A stretch of 33,723 nucleotides of DNA from Octopus bimaculoides (taxonomy: Eukaryota), in NCBI RefSeq assembly GCF_001194135.2, contig NC_068983.1, forward strand, positions 30,631,837-30,665,559, given 5' to 3'. Within the stretch, counting starts at the first letter, position 1. Each line of letters begins with the position of its first letter. The position numbers and the translations under genes were made by a program. Positions 11,249 through 20,517 of this stretch are shown one piece after another. The notes under the pieces were generated by a model. That model saw only the letters and a list, made by a program, of their open reading frames with translations. It had not been told where the DNA came from and did not search any database.

Positions 11249-11890
11249 ATCACATTTTGTATATGACTGTGTATCTGTCTGAGAATGTATGTGTGTGAGT
11301 GTATGAGTGTGTATATGTCTAACAGTGTGTGTCTTTCCTTGTTAGGCATGTTATTAAATGCACTATATGTATGTGAGGGCTGGTCAGTGCCAACACAAAC
11401 TTTTATTTTCATTTCGATTAAAACAATATTTCATAGAGATTATCTTTCTATTGTCAACAGGACATTTTATACCACAACAAAAACATCACATTTTGTATAT
11501 GACTGAGTATCTGTTTGTGAGTGTTATGTATGTAAGTGTATGAGTGTGTATATGTCTCACAGTCTGTGTGTCTTTCTGTGTTAGGTGCGTTATTAAACAT
11601 ACACACATCTACACATACTTATACATATATAATGACTGACATGCATGAATGTATGTCTCTGTGTGGCTATCTTAGTATATGTATGTGAGTGTATGTCAGG
11701 AACATTTTATACCACGATGTCACATTTTGTATATGAGTGTATATCTATCTATAAGTGTATGAGTGTGTTTGTGTCTGTGAGTGTGTGTGTGTTTCCACGT
11801 CACGTATGTAATTAAATACACACACATATCTACACATGCATATACATATGTGACAACTGACATGCCTGAATGTATGTATGTGAGTGCTAG
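11249..11890 (+). repeat. Degenerate tandem triplication, ~235-bp unit
   Basis: Anchor CACATTTTGTATATGA recurs at 11251, 11487 and 11721. GACATTTTATACCAC and GACATGC.TGAATGTATGT also recur. Confidence 0.8.
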
Positions 11891-12774
11891 AGGTGAAACT
11901 CTTGAAAAAATACAATGAGGTGACAAGGTCCAATGTATATATAAAAATACACATTTACTGTTCCATTACCAGTTAATAATTATTTCAACAGTTGCAAGGT
12001 TACAAGGTGTTTACAATCACATACTTATCCTTACATTAAGAAATTTATCCTATATATATATATATATATATAATTCTTTGTTTTTCTGTAATAATTATTG
12101 TGGCATTTACTGTTAAATTAGCAGTTCCATACATGTACTTCTATTTCATTCATTTGCTTACATTTTGTTAATTTACACTGCATACAAAAATAGAGACATA
12201 CTATATACATTCCACGCGGGAAGCAATTATGCCTTATTTTTTCAAGTAATTCATTACTACATATTCTCATGTGACTGCATAGGCTCACTTCCTGTTCCTT
12301 ATTCTACAGCCACACCAGCAATCCAATATCAACATTTTGCCCTCTGCAACATTTCAACAGCTCACTTCCCTGTTGCCATCACCCATTGCCATCCCATTCT
12401 GGAATATACCCATTTACGTACAATATCTCCATTACACCACCAGCCATGTGACTGTCAACCACATGATGAGTTGTGTTAGACACAGTGCTGACCACCTCAA
12501 AGGCGAGTATATCCAATGATAGCTTTTCTGTGGGTTCAAAAATTACATACCCTGTCACTCCCAATTTTCTATGATAGATTAGGGCCTGGAATCCTCCAAA
12601 TGGATGTATTACATGTCGCTTAGCTGAATTAGACCATCATTTACTCCACAATGTTTTGTCATCAACACTGCACTTTCCTGTACCACCTGTTTCAACATAA
12701 CATTAATATATATATATATATATAATATATATAAAAGGCAGGTTAACTAGCAAGTTAGTTTTTGTTTGTGGCAG

Positions 12775-13526
12775 NNNNNNNNNNNNNNNNNNNNNNNNNN
12801 NNNNNNNNNNNNNNNNNNNNNNNNNNNNNNNNNNNNNNNNNNNNNNNNNNNNNNNNNNNNNNNNNNNNNNNNNNNNNNNNNNNNNNNNNNNNNNNNNNNN
12901 NNNNNNNNNNNNNNNNNNNNNNNNNNNNNNNNNNNNNNNNNNNNNNNNNNNNNNNNNNNNNNNNNNNNNNNNNNNNNNNNNNNNNNNNNNNNNNNNNNNN
13001 NNNNNNNNNNNNNNNNNNNNNNNNNNNNNNNNNNNNNNNNNNNNNNNNNNNNNNNNNNNNNNNNNNNNNNNNNNNNNNNNNNNNNNNNNNNNNNNNNNNN
13101 NNNNNNNNNNNNNNNNNNNNNNNNNNNNNNNNNNNNNNNNNNNNNNNNNNNNNNNNNNNNNNNNNNNNNNNNNNNNNNNNNNNNNNNNNNNNNNNNNNNN
13201 NNNNNNNNNNNNNNNNNNNNNNNNNNNNNNNNNNNNNNNNNNNNNNNNNNNNNNNNNNNNNNNNNNNNNNNNNNNNNNNNNNNNNNNNNNNNNNNNNNNN
13301 NNNNNNNNNNNNNNNNNNNNNNNNNNNNNNNNNNNNNNNNNNNNNNNNNNNNNNNNNNNNNNNNNNNNNNNNNNNNNNNNNNNNNNNNNNNNNNNNNNNN
13401 NNNNNNNNNNNNNNNNNNNNNNNNNNNNNNNNNNNNNNNNNNNNNNNNNNNNNNNNNNNNNNNNNNNNNNNNNNNNNNNNNNNNNNNNNNNNNNNNNNNN
13501 NNNNNNNNNNNNNNNNNNNNNNNNNN
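12775..13526. other. Assembly gap (N run)
   Basis: Run of N. The right edge CGTTAAACGATGATGAT is an RTE-type tail, so the gap probably hides such an element. Confidence 0.99.
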
Positions 13527-13710
13527 CGTTAAACGATGATGATGATGATGATGATATATATATATATATATACAAACTATATCATTTTAATCCCGAGCAA
13601 TGCTGGGTATCTCTGCTAGTATACAGACACACACACACACACACATATATAAATATTTATATATCTTCTATTCTCAGATCTATTGGCTTTATATTCTTAC
13701 ATACAAAAAG

Positions 13711-14050
13711 TAAAGGATAAAGACCCCACTTTATTTATGAATGACCATAGGATTGCACCTAGGAAGTTCTCTCCGAGACACAAAGTCCAAGCAAGATTGT
13801 TTATGGAAGACCAGCAGTTACCCATGCATACCAGCCTCCCCTCTCCATACCATTGATGTTATCCAAGAGAAAGGTAAAAGCTGATACAGTTTGGCATCAG
13901 TGACATCGCAACTCATTTCTACAGCTGAGTGAACTGGAGCAATGTGAAATAAGTGTCTTGCTCAAGAACACAATGCAGAGCCCGCCGGTCTGGGAATGAA
14001 ACTCAAAGCCTCATAATTGTGAGACTGATGCTCTAACCACTGAGCAATGT
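13711..14050 (-). mobile_element. tRNA-derived SINE (second family)
   Basis: Minus strand has A-box-like TGCTCAGTGGTTAGAGC and B-box-like GAGTTTCATTCCC, then CTTGAGCAAGACACTT...TTGCTCCAGTTCACTCAGCTG. Homologous to 18166-18420. Confidence 0.8.
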
Positions 14051-14090
14051 CCTGGTGCCATGTAAAAAGCACCCAACTCTCTTTGTAAAG

Positions 14091-14907
14091 NNNNNNNNNN
14101 NNNNNNNNNNNNNNNNNNNNNNNNNNNNNNNNNNNNNNNNNNNNNNNNNNNNNNNNNNNNNNNNNNNNNNNNNNNNNNNNNNNNNNNNNNNNNNNNNNNN
14201 NNNNNNNNNNNNNNNNNNNNNNNNNNNNNNNNNNNNNNNNNNNNNNNNNNNNNNNNNNNNNNNNNNNNNNNNNNNNNNNNNNNNNNNNNNNNNNNNNNNN
14301 NNNNNNNNNNNNNNNNNNNNNNNNNNNNNNNNNNNNNNNNNNNNNNNNNNNNNNNNNNNNNNNNNNNNNNNNNNNNNNNNNNNNNNNNNNNNNNNNNNNN
14401 NNNNNNNNNNNNNNNNNNNNNNNNNNNNNNNNNNNNNNNNNNNNNNNNNNNNNNNNNNNNNNNNNNNNNNNNNNNNNNNNNNNNNNNNNNNNNNNNNNNN
14501 NNNNNNNNNNNNNNNNNNNNNNNNNNNNNNNNNNNNNNNNNNNNNNNNNNNNNNNNNNNNNNNNNNNNNNNNNNNNNNNNNNNNNNNNNNNNNNNNNNNN
14601 NNNNNNNNNNNNNNNNNNNNNNNNNNNNNNNNNNNNNNNNNNNNNNNNNNNNNNNNNNNNNNNNNNNNNNNNNNNNNNNNNNNNNNNNNNNNNNNNNNNN
14701 NNNNNNNNNNNNNNNNNNNNNNNNNNNNNNNNNNNNNNNNNNNNNNNNNNNNNNNNNNNNNNNNNNNNNNNNNNNNNNNNNNNNNNNNNNNNNNNNNNNN
14801 NNNNNNNNNNNNNNNNNNNNNNNNNNNNNNNNNNNNNNNNNNNNNNNNNNNNNNNNNNNNNNNNNNNNNNNNNNNNNNNNNNNNNNNNNNNNNNNNNNNN
14901 NNNNNNN
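14091..14907. other. Assembly gap (N run)
   Basis: Run of N. Confidence 0.99.
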
Positions 14908-14955
<48 letters not shown>

Positions 14956-15168
14956 TGTCTATTTATAAACCTAACAAAAGAGGTTTGAAATATTTTAGAA
15001 GAATAAAAATAAAGACAACCATGTGGAGAAAGAGAGTGCAAATCAGCTGCACAATCAGTACAGCACTATAACTCTTTGACTGTGTAAACACTGGATGATA
15101 AATGTAATTGATCTCATTGAATACATGGTTAATGTACAAATAACACAGTATATGGTTTCTTTTGATAG

Positions 15169-15275
15169 AAATTGGATAAATGGAAGATGGAATCAGAATG
15201 AGAACAATAGGTTGAGGGTTTTATTTATTGTTGTTGTTTTTTTAAATGGCATAACGAGTTTCTTTGTGACGACTG
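15169..15275 (+). CDS. Candidate small exon (107 nt) with strong donor
   Basis: TTTCTTTTGATAG acceptor, open frame NWINGRWNQNENNRLRVLFIVVVFLNGITSFFVTT and ACTG|GTAAGT donor. Peptide not recognised. Confidence 0.25.
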
Positions 15276-15452
15276 GTAAGTACAAGATTAACCTCATTGA
15301 GTGTGTATGCATGTCTACAATACTCTCTCTCTCTCTCGCTTTTTTTTTTACACACACACACGCATGTGCGCACACACACACACATATGCATATCTCATCA
15401 TATATCATATATACATACATATATGCATATACATACATACACACACGCATAT

Positions 15453-15494
<42 letters not shown>

Positions 15495-15524
15495 GTATGA
15501 ATAATTATTTGCTTACACACAAAC

Positions 15525-15589
<65 letters not shown>

Positions 15590-15599
15590 NNNNNNNNNN

Positions 15600-15660
<61 letters not shown>
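15453..15660. repeat. (CA)n / (TG)n / 10-N gap / (CA)n microsatellite cluster
   Basis: Direct inspection. N at 15590-15599. Confidence 0.9.
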
Positions 15661-15661
<1 letters not shown>

Positions 15662-15677
15662 CACAGATGCACACACA

Positions 15678-15865
15678 TGTGACTGGGTAGTCTAAAGCTT
15701 GCTTCCTAACCATGCAGTCGTGGGTTCAGCCCCACTGCAAGAGTAAAAGTCTTTTGCTATAGCCCTAAGCTGACCAAAGCCTGGTCAGAGGATTTGATAG
15801 ATGAAAACTGAAAGAAGCCAATCATGTGTGTGTGTGTACCTTTGCTTTGCCATCATGTGATGATT
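15678..15865 (+). mobile_element. tRNA-headed SINE, 5' part (continues at 16906-17115)
   Basis: Head GTGACTGGGTAG..AAGCTTGCTTCCTAACC..GGGTTCAG.CCCACTG...GAAAACTGAAAGAAGCC+(TG)n, homologous to the head of 16171-16581. It breaks off at ATGATT. Confidence 0.7.
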
Positions 15866-16008
15866 AATTATTCCCACTTAAATATGGATGTTCTCTTAGA
15901 ATAAACTATACTATGGTAGATACCACGAGAGAAACTCTCATTCTGGCTTTTGGTGCAAAATGCATTGTTGCTTACATTGCTAGTGGGGAGACAAATCCCC
16001 ACCACCTC

Positions 16009-16077
16009 CAGTACTGAGACTACCAGATCACATGATTTCAACCTTCTTTGGTCTTGTCAATGATGTATGCTTGACTG
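16009..16077 (-). ncRNA. Type I hammerhead ribozyme, degenerate copy
   Basis: CAGTCAAGCATACATCA-TTGACAA-GACC-AAAGAA-GGTT-GAAA-TCATGTGA-TC|TGGTAG. Same architecture as 16765-16833, but the core carries C3U and G8A changes. Confidence 0.7.
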
Positions 16078-16170
16078 CTAGCGATTGCAGCGACTCATCT
16101 CCCTGCCAGCGATATATAGTAAAGCAGTGCCAGAACAGGTGCTGGAGTTGCAATTAAAAATATATATATA

Positions 16171-16581
16171 GGCGTAGGAGTGGCTGTGTGGTAAGTAGCT
16201 TGTTTACCAACCACATGGTTCCGGGTTCAGTCCCACTGTGTGGCACCCTGGGCAAGTGTCTTCTACTATAGCCTCAGGCTGACCAAAGCCTTGTGAGTGG
16301 ATTTGGTAGAAGGAAACTGAAAGAAGCCCGTCGTATATATGTATATATATATGTATGTGTGTGTGCATATGTTTGTGTGTCTGTATTTGTCCCCCCCAAC
16401 ATCACTTGACAACCGATGCTGGTGTGTCTACGTCCCTGTAACTTAGTGGTTCAGCAAAAGAAACCTATAGAATAAGTACTAGGCTTACAAAGAATAAGTC
16501 CTGGAGTCGATTTGCTTGACTAAAGGCGGTGCTTCAGCATGGCCACAGTCAAATGACTGAAACAAGTAAAAGACTAAAAGA
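16171..16581 (+). mobile_element. Full-length tRNA-derived SINE with central microsatellite
   Basis: GGCGTAGGAGTGGCTGTGTGGTAAG (A box), CCGGGTTCAGTCCC (B box), central (TA/TG)n, conserved body and tail CAGCATGGCCACAGTCAAATGACTGAAACAAGTAAAAGA. Multiple copies in the window. Confidence 0.92.
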
Positions 16582-16764
16582 ATATTAGCAACAGAGGCAG
16601 GATTAATACCAAGAGGTGAGATTTATTGCCACTTAAATGTGGATGTTCTGTTAGAACAAACTATACTGCAGTAGATACCATGAGAGGAACTCTCAAATTG
16701 GCTTTTGGTGCAAAAATGTTCTCTTGTTTGTATCACTAGTGGGGAGATAAATCACCACCTTCTC

Positions 16765-16833
16765 CAGCCTTGAGACCATCAGATCACGTGATTTCAACCT
16801 TCCTTGGTCTCATCAGTGATAGGTACTTGACTG
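16765..16833 (-). ncRNA. Type I hammerhead ribozyme, near-intact copy
   Basis: CAGTC-AAGTAC-CTATCA-CTGATGA-GACC-AAGGAA-GGTT-GAAA-TCACGTGA-TC|TGATGG-TCTCAA-GGCTG. It has the CUGAUGA and GAAA cores, stem II GACC/GGUU, palindromic helix III AUCACGUGAU and an AUC cleavage triplet (cut between 16782 and 16781). Stem I CUAUCA/UGAUGG has an internal loop and a distal CAGUC/GGCUG helix. Confidence 0.88.
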
Positions 16834-16905
16834 CTAGAGATACCAGTGACTCATTTCTCTGCTGGTGATATAGAGGAAAACAGTGCCAGAAAAGGTACTG
16901 GTGTT

Positions 16906-17115
16906 ATGATTGTAAACAAGAATCCCTGTCATATGAGCAATGCTGTTCATTTCCAGTCTTCCATGATAAAATGTCTGGCCAAAGGGAAATATTACCTCAC
17001 TTGGAAACAGTTGAGTGTTAGCGACAGGAAGTGCATCTTGCCATAAAAACCTCTGCTTCAACAAATTCATCTGACCCATGCAAGCATAGAAAAGTGAATA
17101 GTAAATAATGATGAT
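16906..17115 (+). mobile_element. 3' part of RTE-tailed SINE (continuation of 15678-15865)
   Basis: TTGTAAACAAG...GGGAAATATTACCT.ACTTGGAAACAG..ACAGGAAG.GCATC..CTGACCCATGCAAGCAT.GAAAAGTG..(GAT)n tail. Continuity with the upstream head is inferred from recollection of this SINE family. Confidence 0.65.
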
Positions 17116-17200
17116 ATGTATGTATTTAAACATTACGGAAGTGCATGAGTATGTGTGTATGTATTTATGTATGTATGTATGTATGCATGCATGCATCACC

Positions 17201-17266
17201 ACCATCACTACCACCACCAGCACCAGCACAACCGCCACTGCTGCCACCATCACTACCATCATCATT
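17201..17266 (+). repeat. (CAC/CAT)n trinucleotide-rich low-complexity tract
   Basis: Direct inspection. Explains the MMMVVMVAAV start of ORF 16834-17265. Confidence 0.8.
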
Positions 17267-17636
17267 TAACGTCCTTTTTCCATGGTTTAGCATGGGTTGG
17301 ACGGCTTGACAAGAGCTGACATACAATATTTATACACATACATGTATTTTATTTACACTGAAACATTTTACACACATACACACACGCATATATATATGCT
17401 TTATGTATGTATATCTATGTCTATATGTCTTGAGCATAAACATGCATATTTTGTGTATGAACATATGGAATATTCTCATATACTATAAGCACTTTTACCA
17501 TTAAGTTATTTAAAACAGTGTCATTGTTTTTAAACCTGATGACCTCTAAGGCCTATATATAATTAATTAATCCTGCATTAACTAATTAGAAGGAAACTGG
17601 ACTCCTGACAAATTATAAATAATACAAAGAAACGGT

Positions 17637-17898
17637 TGTATTTCCCTCGGGAGACTCGCAGAGATAACACAACGAGTTGTACAATTTAATTATTACATTT
17701 ATTATTCAATTACATACAAAGAACGCACTCACCCAATGTTCGTTATGAATAAACAAGAATCATGTCCGCCATATATCTATCAATGACATTTTACTACGAC
17801 AATCACACAAGACAACAACAATGAAACAATGAACTCAGACGAACCACAGTGACACACGGAACGTCAGACAAATAACATATCCAACAGTCCATATAACA
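17637..17898 (-). mobile_element. 3' LTR of a second Gypsy element (262 bp)
   Basis: TGTTATAT...AAATACA termini. Preceded by PPT GGGGAGG (17899-17905), with AATAAA about 60 nt from its 3' end. Confidence 0.75.
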
Positions 17899-18165
17899 CC
17901 TCCCCACTGAAATTGATGCTACACAAGAAGTATCAACAGCAAAGTCTCTCTTGGGTTTTACGGGTTCTCTTGGATATGGACTGCATCAGGGCTATCTTTT
18001 GGTGTTTGCAGATCCAAGTACCGCATAACGGAAGTGAGCGCTTCGTCAACATCTGGTTGGTGACTTGTCCCGACCAATAAGCCTGAACCAACTTTTGATA
18101 GTTTGATATCCATCTGCATGCACCACAGCTACAGATGATTGATAGATGCTTCTGCTCTGGGTCAG
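17899..18165 (-). mobile_element. Gypsy pol C-terminal remnant
   Basis: Peptide ...TNQMLTKRSLPL...SISKRTRKTQERL resembles the post-integrase RRSxRxRKPPxRL tail and lies just upstream of the PPT and LTR. Truncated by a SINE. Confidence 0.6.
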
Positions 18166-18420
18166 AATAAAAAGTTAACCTTCTTGAGTTATGCCGGCTC
18201 ATAAGGGCTGGTTTCCTGGTTTCCATGACATATAAATTCTTCACCAGGATGGGATGCCAGTCCATCACAGGATTACTCATTTTTGTCAGCTGAGTGAACT
18301 GGAGCAATGTGAAATGAAGTGTTTTGCTCAAGAACACAGCACATCGCCCAGTCCAGGAATCAAAATCACAATCTTATAATCATGAGTCTAACACTCTAAC
18401 CACTGAGCCAAACACCTCCA
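18166..18420 (-). mobile_element. tRNA-derived SINE (same family as 13711-14050)
   Basis: TGGCTCAGTGGTTAGAG A box, GATTCCTGG B-box region, CTTGAGCAAAACACTT..TTGCTCCAGTTCACTCAGCTG. Confidence 0.8.
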
Positions 18421-18595
18421 CATGGGTCTGAATAGACCTGGGAATAATAGTGGCTAAAGAGGCGGTTCCATGCTTCACAAAATCCTGCAACTCCTGAGCC
18501 AGAACCCCACAACTGGATGCAGTTTAAAGTCATCCCCAGGACAAGTAGGCACTTACTCCAATCAAATCAAAATGTGATAAAATTATGTTATTGAT

Positions 18596-18956
18596 GGCCA
18601 CCACAGAGTGCAGTCCTTCTTACCATGTGGTGGCTTGTAAGCTGCAATGACCCTGAGAGCTATGCCAGCAGAGCACAAGCTCTTGATAGGGCCTCCCAGG
18701 CTGGACAGATCAAAGGACAGAGGCCAGGGTAATATGGACCACCTCTTCCGAAAGGTAAAACTGAGGTAGCATCAGGCCAACAACTTTCCCTAGAAAAAAA
18801 ATCCCAACTTGATATTTTTATCAATGACAATTTAAAACTGAGAGAGGAAGACCTTCTTTCAGAGAGATGGACTGACCACAAAAAGACAGCTCAGAGTCAA
18901 GAACAGTGAAGAAAAGTTGTTGATACCCTCTGCTCCATAGGGAGTGAAGGGCTTAA
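18596..18956 (+). mobile_element. Short internally deleted RTE-like element (5' UTR joined to 3' terminus)
   Basis: The 5' part CAATGACCCTGAGAGCTATGCC..GAGC..GCTC.TG.TAGGG.CTCCCA..GGACAG.TCAAAGG..AGAGGCCAG..GGCCAACAAC resembles RTE/Expander-type 5' UTRs. The 3' part encodes KKTAQSQEQ*RKVVDTLCSIGSEG, like an RTE ORF C-terminus. Confidence 0.5.
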
Positions 18957-19620
18957 CCAGCACCAGGGTCAAGGAAGCCAAGCCTATCAATAGCAATATG
19001 TTATCAATGGACTTGGCCCCCTGGACCCTGGTTCTGTAGCACCTGTTGCACCTATCTTAAAATTGCATTGACTATAAGTGTATCTTTGTACAAAATTAGC
19101 ATAGAATATATATATATATATGTTTTATTTCAACTAAATTAGCTCTCTTCAATCATCAACATATGTAATTTATCTTAATATCTGAGACATTGTGATAATT
19201 AAAGTCAGTTTTGGTAGCAGCAATGGGTCACAATATAGGGAAACAATTGACAGCTTTGTTATAATTCTGACAATTAACACCAAAGTTCTGTACAGGCAAG
19301 TTATCAAGTAAAAACTCATAAATTATTCACCAAGAAACAGCTGGACTTAATTAATTTGATTGCAGATGTATCTGTATAATTTCTCAAACATTTTGTTTAG
19401 ATGAGAACTTTAAACATTAGAATCTATTTTAAAGGATAATTAATGATACTTAATGAGGTATATTAATTCAGAATGATGAGAAATGAGTTTGATTTTTTAC
19501 TTTCCATATGATTATAAACCATCAAAATGGAAGCCTAAGCAAACGAGCAAGGCCTCAGCACAGTCATTTGGCCTTTTCAAATGAGCAGCCAAATCTCTTT
19601 CATATCATACTCAACCATTT

Positions 19621-20517
19621 TAGGTTGGGCAAAGCTCAGAGAGCTCCTACCTTTGGGTGAAAGGTAGATTGTATGATGCCTGTGCATGAAAAGCCATGCT
19701 ACATAGGGCTGTGACTGAGGACATGTGCAGGCCTGAAAGAAATGATGCTAGTATGCTTTGCTGGATGTGCAACGTTAGTGTGCATGTATGACAATGTAAA
19801 CGTCTTGAGAGAAAAGTTGGGCATAAGAGGCATAAGATGTGGTGTGCAAGAGAGACGACTGCACTAGTATGGTCATGTGATGCGTATGGATGTGGACAGC
19901 CGTTTGAAGAAGTGCTGATCTCTACCAGTGGAAGGGAGCTGTGGAAGAAGGAAATCCAGGAAGACAGGGGACAAGGTGGTGAAGCATGATCTGCTAACGT
20001 TGGGTCTCATGGAAGCAATGACTAGTGGCTGAGACCCTTGGTGATATACTGTGCTTGAGAAGACCCGGCAAGCCAAATGAAATCATAGTTGTGGCCATTA
20101 TCGGTGTCATGTAACTGGCACCAATGCCAGAGGCATGTAAAAATCACCCTGTGAGCACTGGGCCTCACAGAGGCAATGTGGCTGATCCCAGTGTCATGTA
20201 ACTAGCACCGATGCCAGTGGCTCTTAAAAAGCACCTTTTGAGCACTGGGCCTCACAGAGGCAATGACAAATGACCAAGACCTTTAGCAGTATACTGTGCT
20301 TAAGAAGAAGATCCCTCAAGCCAAGTGAAATCGTAGTTGTGGTAGATAATGGTGGCACGTAAAAGCACCCATTACATTCTTGGAGTGGTTGGTGTTAGGA
20401 AGGGCACTCAACTGTAGAAACCATGCCAAATCAGACTGGAGTCAGGTGCTTACCAGCTCTGCTCAAAGTACCCAACCCATGCCAGCAGGGACAACAGACA
20501 CTAAATGATGATGATGA
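19621..20517 (+). mobile_element. RTE-clade LINE, 5'-truncated 3' fragment
   Basis: Degenerate VKGRLYDAC..AMLH, ERNDASML.WMCNVSV, LREKLGIRGI..VQERRL..YGHVMRM, G..GR...RKT..VVK.DL. Followed by a 3' UTR with tandem subrepeats and a (GAT)n tail. Confidence 0.88.

Larger units (their letters stand above)
15866..16905 (-). mobile_element. Tandem dimer of an ~340-nt hammerhead-ribozyme repeat (retrozyme-like), interrupted by a SINE
   Basis: 15868-16155 and 16623-16911 align end to end (roughly 75-80% identity by eye, many CpG-type transitions). Each copy has a hammerhead fold on the minus strand, and the predicted cleavage sites are 756 nt apart including the ~411-nt SINE. Confidence 0.8.

Noticed and set aside
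12379-12686. In-frame TGA codons suggesting selenocysteine or a mitochondrial insertion
   Set aside because: No similarity to mitochondrial proteins or selenoproteins that I recognise, and no SECIS seen.
15527-15660. (TG)n-N10-(CA)n apparent giant palindrome
   Set aside because: Centred on a 10-N contig join, so it may be an assembly artefact.
16171-16250. tRNA-like sequence
   Set aside because: It is the tRNA-derived head of a multi-copy SINE and does not form a complete cloverleaf.
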